Notes: a model not told the origin generated them from the letters alone. 63,884 nucleotides of DNA, filler included, from Chrysochromulina tobinii (GCA_001275005.1; 7 parts of 7 records of this genome joined end to end with filler, not necessarily neighbours in it); one strand, 5' to 3'; numbered from the whole stretch's first letter, positions 34,509 through 45,408 are shown. Numbers and translations are program-made.

Positions 34509-35579
34509 ATGTATCACCAATACTTCTGCTCTTCTGCATGGGTCGTCTCGGCTTACGGCCTCGGTGGGCTCATCCTCACCCTCTGGATAGTGAATGCTTA
34601 CCTCAACGTGCAGCTCAACGCGTGGACAGCACGCTTCTACGACCTCATGCAGAACGCGACGAAGATGGAGCCGGGCGTGGTCACATTCGATGATGCGCAG
34701 CCGCTCTTTGTCGAATGGGCCGTCATGAGCGGCATCAACGTGTGTAGTAAGCCGATCATCAACTGGCTAACACGGCACTGGGCCTTCTACTGGCGCGAGG
34801 CGCTGACCGCCGACCTCCTGTTCCGATGGAGAAGCAAGGCGGGAAGCGAGAGTGCGCGCCGCATCGAGGGCGCGAGCCAGCGCGTGCAGGATGACTGCTA
34901 CCAGCTCTCCAGGTTCCTATGCGATCTCGGACAGGGGATCCTCGCCGCCTTTTTGGAGCTGATCACCTTCTGCCCGGTGCTCTGGTCGCTCTCATCGGGG
35001 ATCGAGGGGCTGCCCAACGGGCTGCTCATGTGGGCGGCCCTCGGCGGCTTCGTCCTCGGGTACGCTGTCTCCATCCTCGTGGGCTGGCGTCTAGTGAGCC
35101 TCGAGTACAACAACCAGGCCGCCGAGGCCGCTTTCCGCAAAGAGCTTGTGTACGCCGAGGATGAGGTTCAGGGGCACGGCGAGCTGTCCGTCAGCCATGG
35201 GCTCTTCCGTGCGCTGCGCCGTGTCTACTACACGCTGTTCGCGCATCTCCTCTATTTCGAGACGTGGAGCGCCCTCTTCCTCAAGGCGATGTCTCTCATC
35301 CCATTGGTAGTGCTCGCACCGCACGTGTACAATCGGAGCATCACACTCGGCACGTACATGCAGGCTGTGGGCGCGTTCAACAGCGTGACCGAGGGCATGT
35401 CCCAGCCCCTCAGCCGGTGGGTCGACTTCAACATCATGCTCTCGGTCGTCCGCCGCCTGCGAGAGTTTGAGAGCGCGTTGCCGCCACGTGAGGTGCTCAA
35501 AACCTATGATGAGAGCAGTCGGCTGATAGGCTCCGGCCCCGAGCCGGAGCTTCATGGAATGAGGACTATAGAGGAATAA
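34509..35579 (+). CDS. SbmA/BacA-like peptide transporter (ABC-type transmembrane domain with no ATPase domain)
   Basis: IEGASQRVQDD and LEYNNQAAEAAFRKELVYAED match SbmA/BacA signatures; ends SVVRRLREFE with no Walker motifs. Confidence 0.82.
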   Translation: MYHQYFCSSAWVVSAYGLGGLILTLWIVNAYLNVQLNAWTARFYDLMQNATKMEPGVVTFDDAQPLFVEWAVMSGINVCSKPIINWLTRHWAFYWREALTADLLFRWRSKAGSESARRIEGASQRVQDDCYQLSRFLCDLGQGILAAFLELITFCPVLWSLSSGIEGLPNGLLMWAALGGFVLGYAVSILVGWRLVSLEYNNQAAEAAFRKELVYAEDEVQGHGELSVSHGLFRALRRVYYTLFAHLLYFETWSALFLKAMSLIPLVVLAPHVYNRSITLGTYMQAVGAFNSVTEGMSQPLSRWVDFNIMLSVVRRLREFESALPPREVLKTYDESSRLIGSGPEPELHGMRTIEE

Positions 35580-35716
35580 ACTACTAATGAACTGAGTAAG
35601 TGGTTAGATGAGGTGATGTGAAATGCCTTTCTTTCACACCGGTTGATCGCGTCTGTCGTGTTAACGTTCACACCGGCAGTCCCAGACCACAGACTGACAA
35701 ACGGACTGACAGCGTC

Positions 35717-38700
35717 ATGGACTCGTGGTGCGACCCGCGCGTCGCGGCCGCCGAGCGGCTGCACGAGGAACTGTACGGAGCCTTCTCCCGCCGAGCCGTG
35801 CGCACCGAGCCATCTGCGCCGCTGACGATCGATCTCACCCGTCTGTTGGGCGTGCTCCGTGACCTGAAGCGCATGCACCCCGCTTGCGAGCTGGAGACCG
35901 AAATGTACCTGCGCCGTGAGCTCGCGGGCGAGAGCGAGGACGTTGCGCTCAGCTTTGGCCGCGTCGAGACTCTCTTCAACGCCGTCGTGCGCTTCCAGAC
36001 CGCTGAGGGCTTGAGCACTGCAGAGCGTCGCTCCAGATTTCCTAAGGCCAACTACGTTGACGAGGAGGGCAGTACCGCGTTGCTTCGAGCCGTCGAAGCC
36101 GCGGACCTGCCGCTCGTGGAGGCACTCCTCAACCTCGGTGCCGACGCCAACCTGCCCGCGAGCGGGCGCACGCCGCTCTACATCGCGTGCGAGCGTGGGC
36201 GCGCAGAGCTCGTGGGCGCGCTCATGCGAGCCGGCGCCGACGCGCACCGGCTGATCGACCAGATGGGTGCGACACCGCTGTACATCTGCTGCCACCGCGG
36301 GCATGTGAGCTGTGTGGACGAGCTGTTGCTCTTCGGTGCCGACGCCAACCGTCGGCTGCGCGATGGCTCGACTGTGCTGCATGTGGCCATCAAGGCCAAC
36401 CACGCCGAGGTGGTGTCGCTGCTCCTCAGTGCGGGTGCGGACCCGAATTTGCACACGAGCAAGGGCGTGGCACCTCTGCTCCGGGCGTGCGCGACGGGCG
36501 CCTCGGCGACCATCGTGCGGGCCCTCCTTGGAGCGCACGCCGACGCCGATGACCACGATCCGCAAGGCGTGACCCCGCTGCATGAGGCGGCGGCGCGAGG
36601 CGACCAACCGGTGGTCGAGCTGCTCCTGAGTGCGAACGCGCAGGTCGATGCGCGCGACTACGGAGGCGCGAACACCGCGCTGCTGCGTGCCGTTGGCGCG
36701 GGCCGCTTCGGCGCCGCGCGCGCCCTCCTCACTGCCCGTGCCGACGTGGCAATGGCCAATGCGGGAGGAGTGACGCCGCTCCGCCTAGCGAGGTCACTCG
36801 AGGCTCGCCAGCCTCCGTCGACTGGCGCGGCGGCGGCGGCGGCGGCGCTGGTGGAGCTCCTGATGGACTTCGGCGCGCCATATGACGTGCGCACTCGCTC
36901 GGGACGTACGCCCCTCTATCTCGCGGCGCAGCTCGGAGATTGTGACGAGATCCGCTGGTTGCTCGCTCGTGGCGCCGCAGTGGACCGACGTTGCGACGAT
37001 GGCGCGACGCCGCTGCAGGTCGCATGCCAGCAAGCTCACGTGGGCGCTGCGGCGCTCCTGCTTGCACATGGTGCGTGTCCGCGGCGCCTCGCCAAGGTCA
37101 TGGATGACGGCCGCCATCATCGAGGCGGCGACGACGACGACGACGACGACGTGGAGGAAGTCCACCTGCTCGCCTCGGTGCCGCCAGTCCACCTGGCATG
37201 CCTCTGCCAATCGCCCGACGCCGCCGCCGAGCTGCTGACCTGCCTGCTGGCCGCCCGTGCCGACCCCGACGAGAAGGATGCGCAAGACTACACGCCACTA
37301 AGGCTGCTCGCCTGCCGGGGCAACGACGCCGTTGGCGCAGCCGAGCTTGCGGCGATGCTACTGGCGGCTGGCGCGCAGCCAGAACTGGCGGACGGCCGTG
37401 GGCGCACCGCGGCATGGCTTGCGGCACAGCACAACGAGGGCGCCATGCTCCGTACGCTCCTCGAGGCTGGCCGTGCGCACCCGAGCGTGCCCGACTGCAC
37501 AGGTACGACGCCACTCTGGTCGGCCGCGGCGCGAGGCAGCCTTGAGATTGCAATCTCCCTTCTCTCCTTTGGCGCGCGGGCGGACGAGACCGACGGGCAC
37601 GGTAGCCCAGCCATCTGCGCCGCGAGCCAGCAGGGCGAGGTGGCCCTTGTGAAGCGGCTGCTCGAGCATGGCGCGTCGGCAAACTCGTCCGACGCGAGCG
37701 GCAACACGTGCGTGCTACTCGCGGCGCAGCAAGGGCACCTGCCCACAGTGCGCATTCTGCTGCTCGCGCGAGCATCGCCCAGCGTGGCCAACGACGCGGG
37801 CTTGACACCCCTGCAGGCTGCCCTGGATAACCGTTACCCGGCTGTGCGGGCTCTCTTGCAGGAGGCTGGCGCCGATCCTAGCAGGCTGCAGCAGTCGAAG
37901 CGGCGAGAGTCGCTCGAGACGCCGCTCTTCACCGTCCAGTACACGCCCACGCCGCTGCCGGCGCCGGTGGCACTCTTCATGCCCCCTGATCCGGACGGGC
38001 GTGCAGCCGCGCAGCTGCTCGCCACGCATCCTCTGGCCGACGATTCGCATTCACAGGCGCATTCACAGGGGTACGTGGCGCAGAGGGTGTGGACGCCCAC
38101 TCCTCCCATCTCGTGGATCGAACGCTGGGCCACCGAGGACGAAAAGGCGCTGACGACGCTGCCGGCGCCGCGCGGCGAGGGCGAGGGCGGGGGCGGGGGC
38201 GGGGGCGAGGGCAGGGGCGAGGGTGGCTACGAAGATGACTTCGAGGGCGCCCCATCCGCTGAGGGTGGCGAGGCGCTACCAGCGATCTGCGCTCAGCCTG
38301 CGCACGTGGCGGCGGAGGCTACTGGGCTCGATGATGGCGACACCACCGCGAGCACCGGTACGGCGCTCGGTGGCTCAGCGTCAGCCGAAGCTCCTCTCGT
38401 GGATCGGATGGCAGCGGACATGCCCGACGAGAACATCTACACCGGCCAGCTCGGCGAGCCCCACATGCTGCCGAAACCCGCCAAGCCGGCAGCCTTTTCA
38501 GCCGTAGCGCCGTCCGCAGCCACGAACGCTGCGACGAGCGCTGCCACGAACGCTGCGACGAGCGCTGCGACTGATCGTAAGGCGGCGCTCGCCGCGCGCC
38601 GCGCCCAGCTCGAGCTCGAGCGTGCAGCACTAGCGACGCGCCGCCAAGCCACGGCTTTGCTTGCGATCGTCAAGCTGCAAGCCAAACTTCGAGGCAGACG

Positions 38701-39532
38701 CGCGAGAGAGGTAGTGTGCGGCGGAGGCGGCGGAGGCGGCGGAGGCGGCGTTGGCGGCGGAGGCGACGGCGTTGGCGGCGGAGGCGGCGTTGGCGGCGCA
38801 GGCAAGGGCGGTGCCGGCGAGGGCGGCGGCGGCGGCGGTGTTGAGGCCGGCGCCGGCGTCGACGGCGCAGAGGAGCGTGGTGGACATGCTGTCCAGGAGC
38901 AGCAGCAGGCGGCAGCGGCGGCAGCGGCAGCGGCGGCTACGGCGGCGGCGTTGCAGATGCAAGCGGCTGCCCGCGGGCGAGCGGTGCGGCAGCAGCTGCA
39001 GCAGCAGCGCCAGGCAGGCGAGGCGGCAGTGCAGCAGCTGCTCGAGGAGCAGCAGCAGAAGGCGGCGGCGCAGATGCAAGCGGCTGCCCGCGGGCGAGCG
39101 GTGCGACAGCAGCTGCGCGGCATTGGCGCTCACGACGGCGCGGTGGAGGACGAGGAGGTGGCGCTCGAGATGGCGCTTGCATCCCTCTCATATGACATGG
39201 AGGTGGCTGAGAGAGCTCTCGATGCCCAAGTCGACGCTGCGCAGGCGGACGCGGCCGTGGCGCTCCAGGCAGCGGCTCGCGGCCACGCGACGCGCCGCCG
39301 ACAACTGCTCCGCCATGACGATGCAGGCGCGGACGCGGCGGGCACGGGCGAGGCGGGCACGGGCGAGGCGGACGCGGACGCGGAGGCTGCGGACGTAGAG
39401 CTGATGGCCAAGGCGAGGCACGAGGCTGCTGTTGCCATGCAGGCTGTACAGCGTGGTCGCGCGACGCGCCGCAGCGCGCTACGCCCCGCCACCCCAGATT
39501 CCACCAATGAGCCCTTTGAGATTGTATCATAG
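35717..39532 (+). CDS. Ankyrin-repeat protein with C-terminal IQ calmodulin-binding motifs
   Basis: Many GxTPLxxA repeats. Five IQ-like motifs: LQAKLRG, MQAAARG x2, LQAAARG, MQAVQRG. Confidence 0.88.
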   Translation: MDSWCDPRVAAAERLHEELYGAFSRRAVRTEPSAPLTIDLTRLLGVLRDLKRMHPACELETEMYLRRELAGESEDVALSFGRVETLFNAVVRFQTAEGLSTAERRSRFPKANYVDEEGSTALLRAVEAADLPLVEALLNLGADANLPASGRTPLYIACERGRAELVGALMRAGADAHRLIDQMGATPLYICCHRGHVSCVDELLLFGADANRRLRDGSTVLHVAIKANHAEVVSLLLSAGADPNLHTSKGVAPLLRACATGASATIVRALLGAHADADDHDPQGVTPLHEAAARGDQPVVELLLSANAQVDARDYGGANTALLRAVGAGRFGAARALLTARADVAMANAGGVTPLRLARSLEARQPPSTGAAAAAAALVELLMDFGAPYDVRTRSGRTPLYLAAQLGDCDEIRWLLARGAAVDRRCDDGATPLQVACQQAHVGAAALLLAHGACPRRLAKVMDDGRHHRGGDDDDDDDVEEVHLLASVPPVHLACLCQSPDAAAELLTCLLAARADPDEKDAQDYTPLRLLACRGNDAVGAAELAAMLLAAGAQPELADGRGRTAAWLAAQHNEGAMLRTLLEAGRAHPSVPDCTGTTPLWSAAARGSLEIAISLLSFGARADETDGHGSPAICAASQQGEVALVKRLLEHGASANSSDASGNTCVLLAAQQGHLPTVRILLLARASPSVANDAGLTPLQAALDNRYPAVRALLQEAGADPSRLQQSKRRESLETPLFTVQYTPTPLPAPVALFMPPDPDGRAAAQLLATHPLADDSHSQAHSQGYVAQRVWTPTPPISWIERWATEDEKALTTLPAPRGEGEGGGGGGGEGRGEGGYEDDFEGAPSAEGGEALPAICAQPAHVAAEATGLDDGDTTASTGTALGGSASAEAPLVDRMAADMPDENIYTGQLGEPHMLPKPAKPAAFSAVAPSAATNAATSAATNAATSAATDRKAALAARRAQLELERAALATRRQATALLAIVKLQAKLRGRRAREVVCGGGGGGGGGGVGGGGDGVGGGGGVGGAGKGGAGEGGGGGGVEAGAGVDGAEERGGHAVQEQQQAAAAAAAAAATAAALQMQAAARGRAVRQQLQQQRQAGEAAVQQLLEEQQQKAAAQMQAAARGRAVRQQLRGIGAHDGAVEDEEVALEMALASLSYDMEVAERALDAQVDAAQADAAVALQAAARGHATRRRQLLRHDDAGADAAGTGEAGTGEADADAEAADVELMAKARHEAAVAMQAVQRGRATRRSALRPATPDSTNEPFEIVS

Positions 39533-39813
39533 GTCGCGCTGGTGCAGGCGAGTCTCGGGAAGAAATAATTAAGGTGTGCCTAGGGATCAGTGGCAAAGAG
39601 TTATAGTAACAGCCAGGTGGTTCTAATCGCTGGGAGTTTATCTGAGAAATAATTTCATATCTTGTACTTCCGTCCCATGTGCCCAACCCCATGTCGCATG
39701 CCGCCATACTCTCACACCGCGACATCCCCTTCAAATTCCCCAACCGACCACGCCCACTGCAATTCAGGGGATCCCGCCAATTGGTAGGTAGCTTGGTCAG
39801 TTACAAATCTCTC

Positions 39814-39875
39814 TCCACCTGGACCACCACCTCCAATACAGAATGTACCTATGTATGGTCGAGAAGAAACGCCCA
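39814..39875 (+). repeat. Dispersed direct repeat, copy 1 (copy 2 at 42609-42689)
   Basis: Identical TCCACCTGGACCACCACCTCCAATACA, plus shared TATGGTCGA and GTCGAGAAGAAACGCCCA. Confidence 0.8.
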
Positions 39876-40313
39876 CCAGGTGATACGTTTACGTTTAGGT
39901 TGTCCGCTCACATGGTGTACATGGGGCGGAACCTGATCTCTAAAAACACTGAAGGGATTTGGACGAAACTCGAGCCAGAGGTGTCCCGCTGTCCCCTGCT
40001 CTCCCATTGAGTTCTAGCTCAAAACTTTCAGAATCGAACGCGGAAATCCCATACTCTAGTTCACAAACCAGCCAAAAACCTAATTTCGCATTAAAAAGCA
40101 AGCGGAAGCGCGGGAAATGCCCCCTGAGACTCGAACCAGCTTGATTTCACTGTCTGGCTCCACCGTTGTCCATTCTTTCCCCATCCTCCCCGCCCCGGGG
40201 CGCGGGGGCCCCATCCTCCCCCGCCCCGGGGTCTTTGGCACTCATTTATTTATGTAGGGCTCATTTCCAAAATTACCCTAAAGAGTGCGAGCGGACTAGG
40301 AAGGTCGGAGGTA

Positions 40314-40591
40314 CCAACCCAAAGAGACAGACCACGTCAAAGTGCCACACTGCACGTCACACTGTGAGGCGCAGTGTGACGGAAACCCCTCACACTGAGG
40401 TGGAAGCGTGGAACTCCCTCACACAGGACACACACGATGAGGGTTTTGCGTCACAGTGTGATGGTTTCGCGTCACACTGTGAGGGGTTCCGTCGAGGGGT
40501 TCCGTCACAGTGTGACGCGCGCGCGCCTCACAGTGTGAGGGAAATCCGTCTCAGTGTGATGACTTTGGGTTTGTCTGCCTCTTTGGGTTGG
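40314..40591. mobile_element. MITE (Tc1/mariner-like; TA target duplication)
   Basis: 19-bp TIRs CCAACCCAAAGAG(A/G)CAGAC with 1 mismatch, flanked by TA on both sides. Internal CACACTGTGA/TCACAGTGTG subrepeats; no coding capacity. Confidence 0.8.
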
Positions 40592-40664
40592 TAATGGACT
40601 AATGGTTGTTACCTCTCCGACCTAGAATCCCTACTATCGAAGTTTCGTTAGAGTACATGTAACG

Positions 40665-42212
40665 ATGGCCCCCAAGAGACCCAAGAGCAAGACTTTCGGC
40701 GGCGAAAAGCGTACGGCTCCGCAGCGGTACGGGTCAGTACGAGTGGTCCTTGACGGTTCGGATGAGGACGAGCACAGTATTGATGCGCTCTCTGAAATCA
40801 AGGTGAAATCCTCCAAGACTTCCACGCGTGGAGCCGAAAAAGGCGAACTGTGTACTGAGCGCTCGCGCGGTCTCAAAATGCACAAGGTATCAACTAAGGT
40901 ATCCATGCAGAAGGTGCCAATGGCGGAGCCGATGGACCTGGGCAAGGACAATGACAATTCGCCTTTCAGCCTTTGCACCCGCATGTACGCTGCAACATGT
41001 GTTGGTACTTTCCTATTGATCGTCACTGGCGGCTCCATCTCGCATTTCTCGCTTGCAAGTCTTATCGTGCGCACGGAGACCACAGGCCTGAGCGGCATGT
41101 CATGGCTACAACTCTCTCCATCTCGACCCTTACCCTCGCTGCCACCACTGTCGCCCTCGCCGCCTCTCGATCCTCCACCTTCGCTGCCGCCACAAGCCCC
41201 ACAACCCTGGCCGCCGCCGCTGATGCCACCGCCGCTGATGCCGCCGCCGCGCTCGCCGCCGCCGCGCTCGCCACCGCCACCGCCTCCTCAGCCTCGGTCG
41301 CCCTCGCCGTCTCCGCCCCCGCACCCCCCCAGCAACGCTGTTGAGGTCGCAAGTCGCCTCAACCTTCGCTTCCGAGCCGGTGCCGCCTCCAATGTGCTCG
41401 AAGAAGCGGGTGTGGTGATACATCAGTTCGATGGATACGAGGCATCATGGAACGAGCAGTGGAAATGCCCACTGAACGGCCAGTTTGGTGGGCGGCTCAG
41501 TGCCATGCTCGCCTTTCGTGGCATGAGAGCTCGCCGTGATCGCGTGGCGGTGCCACTCATCAACAATGACGGGGGCGTGGTCGTCAGCCCATCCATTCCC
41601 ATCGCGTGCGCATACGGCGACGATGGCTCGACGTATCGAGCACGAGAGAATGGCTGCTATGCCCAATGGTGCCAGCGCAAGGACCCGCACGCAGGTTCAG
41701 GGACTGGCGGCCGGAAACCGTGCGGCTTCGGCAGCCGGGGCCAGATCAACGCAGCATGGCGCCCGAGCGATCTCGACGTGATGCTCGGCTTGTACAACGA
41801 GCACTCCCAGCCCTACCGCACGCCATCCTTCTACTCTGGGTACAATGAGCTCGTGTACGGCTGCAGGGCGTGGAACGAGCGCCTCGACCGAACAATCGAA
41901 GCCTTCTTCATCGTCCAGACCAACACTCCAATCGACTTGACGAACAATCCGACGGCCCGCCGGCATCGCGACTTCCTCCAGCACACGCCTGGGCTGTCTC
42001 TGAGCAGTGCGGACCAAGTGCCTCTCCTAATCTTCAACCCACGCGACTGGGAGAGCCCCTTTAGCGTGGTTAGTGGGAGCCACGCCACGCCAGCTGTCAC
42101 TCAGGCAAGGCAGCAACCTTGCCAAGGTGCGCCGTTATGGTGCACGACTTGGACTTGTGACGAACAATGGTGTAGTGGAGGGCAGCTGCCCGAGCCTTGC
42201 ACTAGGTGCTGA
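40665..42212 (+). CDS. Type II membrane protein with a Pro-rich stalk and a Cys/Trp-containing domain of unknown function
   Basis: TM segment, PPSPPP stalk, GVVIHQFD and YNELV motifs. Confidence 0.7.
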   Translation: MAPKRPKSKTFGGEKRTAPQRYGSVRVVLDGSDEDEHSIDALSEIKVKSSKTSTRGAEKGELCTERSRGLKMHKVSTKVSMQKVPMAEPMDLGKDNDNSPFSLCTRMYAATCVGTFLLIVTGGSISHFSLASLIVRTETTGLSGMSWLQLSPSRPLPSLPPLSPSPPLDPPPSLPPQAPQPWPPPLMPPPLMPPPRSPPPRSPPPPPPQPRSPSPSPPPHPPSNAVEVASRLNLRFRAGAASNVLEEAGVVIHQFDGYEASWNEQWKCPLNGQFGGRLSAMLAFRGMRARRDRVAVPLINNDGGVVVSPSIPIACAYGDDGSTYRARENGCYAQWCQRKDPHAGSGTGGRKPCGFGSRGQINAAWRPSDLDVMLGLYNEHSQPYRTPSFYSGYNELVYGCRAWNERLDRTIEAFFIVQTNTPIDLTNNPTARRHRDFLQHTPGLSLSSADQVPLLIFNPRDWESPFSVVSGSHATPAVTQARQQPCQGAPLWCTTWTCDEQWCSGGQLPEPCTRC

Positions 42213-42958
42213 GAGCTGCATTGCTGAGACGCTCGGAGCGCTGCAGGATGCTCAGGTAATACTTAGAACTGTACGGTACACCGGAATTCGGAAATCGCCC
42301 CACAGTAGGATCATACCGGCCGATGTGCGATGACCAAAAACTTAAAAACAAGATCAGCGGATTCGGGCCGTCCCGAATCCCTGCTTGAACGACGTCGCGT
42401 TCGTTTCGGGAAATGGAAAATTCCTTTCGAGGGCGGTCGGGTGTCCCTAGGCATCAGCAGACGAGAGCGAGTTTTATACTAGTGCGACAGCATCTCCGGG
42501 GGACTGCAGCATTTACCATTTTCCACACATTCCACCGTTGACATTCATGACGGGTGGTTCTCGTCTCTAATCCTGGTGAGATATTATTTCATACTATACG
42601 TATGTACTTCCACCTGGACCACCACCTCCAATACATTGTACAGACTAAAATTATGGTCGACCCGACCCGACGTCGAGAAGAAACGCCCAGGAAGGTAGTC
42701 CGCTCATGGTGTCACACGGCGGAGGCCAAGGTACCGCACGGGTCGGACGGCGGCGGCGAGGGCGACGGTGGTGGCGGCGAGGGCCGTGGCGGCGGCGGCG
42801 AGGGCGAGGGAGGCGGCGGCGAGGGCGAGGGCGGCGGCGGCAAAGGTGGCGGTGGCGGCGGCGAAGGAGGCGGCGGTGTCGGAGGCGGCGGAGAGGGAGG
42901 CGGTGGTGTCGGCGGGGGAGGCGGGGGAGATGGCGGGGCGGGTAGCGGTGGTGAGAGC

Positions 42959-43058
42959 NNNNNNNNNNNNNNNNNNNNNNNNNNNNNNNNNNNNNNNNNN
43001 NNTTAATTAATTAANNNNNNNNNNNNNNNNNNNNNNNNNNNNNNNNNNNNNNNNNNNN
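42959..43058. other. Artificial contig linker/gap
   Basis: 44 N + TTAATTAATTAA + 44 N. Confidence 0.99.
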
Positions 43059-45408
43059 ACGCGACTGACGAGCTGAAGCAAAAGTGGCTCCCGCCGCTCG
43101 TCTCCGGCGAGTTTACGGGCACCATGTGCCTGACGGAGCCCCAGTGCGGCTCGGACCTTGGGCAGGTGACGACGAACGCCAAGCCCAACGGCGACGGCAG
43201 CTACAAGATTAACGGCACCAAGATCTTCATCTCGTGCGGCGAGCACGACATGACCGAGAACATCGTGCACTGCGTGCTCGCGCGCCTGCCGGGCGCACCT
43301 GCGGGCACCAAGGGGATCTCCCTGTTCCTCGTGCCGAAGAAGCAGTACGCGGACGGCGCGGTGGGCGACTTCAACGGCGTCACGACCAGCCGCATTGAGG
43401 ATAAGATGGGTTGCCATGGCTCGCCCACGTGCCAGGTGAGGGACTGGCCTCTATGGCCTCTGATGGCCTCTGATGACCTCGTACCAGATTGAGTTCGAAG
43501 ACGCCCAAGGGTGGCTCATTGCCTCCAATTGCCGCTCATTGCCTCCAATTGCCTCTCATTGCCAGATTGAGTTCGAAGACGCCCAAGGGTGGCTCATTGG
43601 TACGGAGAACCGCGGGCTCAATCACATGTTTACGTTCATCAACACGTCGCGCGTGGGCACCGCGGTCCAGGTGGAGTCTGATTGCGGCTGATTGCGACTG
43701 ATTGCGGCGGCACCGCGGTCCAGGTGGAGGCAGCGCGTGGAGACCTCTCTGCCTTGCATGCAAGTGCTCACCACGGCGCCCTACCCTTTCCCCACCGCGG
43801 CACAGGGCGTGGCGGCGGCCGAACTTGCGTTCCAAAACTCGCTCTGGTACTGCAAGGAGCGTCGCTCGATGCGCGCGCTGTCGGGCGCCAAGGACCCCGA
43901 GCATGTCGCCGACTCGATCATTCATCATCCGTCGGTGCGCACGATGCTTCGGTTTCCGTCCCAAACTTGGTTCCCAAAAGGCGGTCTCCGTCCCAAACTT
44001 GGTTCCCAAAAGGCGGTCTCCGTCCCAAACTTGGTTCCATAACGGCGGTCTCCGTCCCAAACTTGGTTCCATAACGGCGGTCTCCGTCCAAGCTGCATGC
44101 TGAGTGCCCTCCCTCACGAGTGCATGCAGGTGCGCACGATGCTCCTGTTCCAAAAGGCGGTCTCCGAGGGGGGGCGCTCGATGGTGTACGAATGCGCCAA
44201 GCTCGTCGACAAGATGACGGACTGCGAGCGCGCTGGCGATCACAAGGGCGCGAAGGAGGTACGGTCTGATGCCTCTGATGGCCTCTGGCCTCTCATGGCC
44301 TCGAATGGCCTCGAATGGCCTCTCATGGCCTCGAATTGCCTCTGATTGCATGCGTGCTCGATCCAAATTGTGCATGCAATCAGGTCGATGAGCGCCTCGC
44401 GTTCCTGACGCCTATCCTCAAAGGCTTTCTCACCGAGGCTGGCAAGGAGGCCGCCGACCTTGGCATCCAGGCCTACGGTGGGCACGGCTACATCAAGGAC
44501 AACAAGGCCGAGCAGGTGATGACCGCTGATGACCGCCGATGACCTCTGATGGCCACTGATGACTGCTGATGACCGCTGATGACCGCTGATAACCGCTGAT
44601 GACCTCAGGTGTTCCGCGACGTTCGTATCGCGTCGCTCTGGGAGGGCACGACCCAAATCCAGGCGCTCGATCTCCTCGGCCGTAAGATCCTGCTGCAGGT
44701 GCGATCTCCTTTGATCTCCTTTCGATCTCATTTCGAGCTCATTTCGATCTCCTCATGCTCCCTTGATCTCCCTTGATCTCCCTCTGACCGAGCCTCTGGT
44801 CGAGCGTGCGAGCTTATTCACATTCACAGAAGCTCAAGCCCATCGGCGAGCACTGCGGCGAGCTGCGTGCGCTATGCATGCCGCTGCTCACCTCGGGCAA
44901 CGCGGGGCTCCGTGGACGTGCTTGGTCCCTCTTCTACCACACGCTCGAGTGGCAGTACCTCACGTACCGAGTCGCGTTCCGCTCGACGAAGGATAAAGAG
45001 TGGATCTCGTCGGCGAGCGTCGACTACCTCATGTGCGCGCGCCCACCACGGCGCCACACGCGCGCTCCGTCAGCGAGAGCTGCATGCATGTGCCCACCAC
45101 GGCGCCGTCGCGCGCCGTCAGGAGAGCCGCATGCATGTGCCCACCACGGCGCCCTCGCTTCCCTTGCCCACAGGTACTCTGGCTGGGTCACCCTGGCGGC
45201 CCACTGGCTGCGAATGGAGCAGGCGGCCGTGCACTCGCTCGCCAAGGGCGGCGACGAGGAGCCTGATTTTTACAACGCCAAGGTGCAGACGTCCGCATAT
45301 GTCTTCGACCGGCTGCTGGCGCGCACGCGCTCGCACAAGGCCGGGATGCTTGCGGACCTCGGCTCTGTCATGGCATGCCGCGCAACTTCTCTTCGACACT
45401 CGAGGTAA
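43059..45408 (+). CDS. Acyl-CoA dehydrogenase, 5'-partial, at least 8 exons
   Basis: Exons 43059-43435, 43566-43670, 43806-43934, 44130-44258, 44384-44515, 44609-44698, 44830-45032 and 45174-45408 join in frame. Motifs GTMCLTEPQCGSD, KIFIS, KMGCHGSPT, GGHGYI, WEGTTQIQALDL. The C-terminus is uncertain. Confidence 0.92.

Noticed and set aside
42700..42958. Gly-rich plus-strand ORF
   Set aside because: More likely the antisense of a PPSPPP-coding fragment cut by the gap; too short to call.
43956..44090. 32-bp repeats as a CRISPR array
   Set aside because: The repeats are contiguous with no spacers, intronic and exon-derived.
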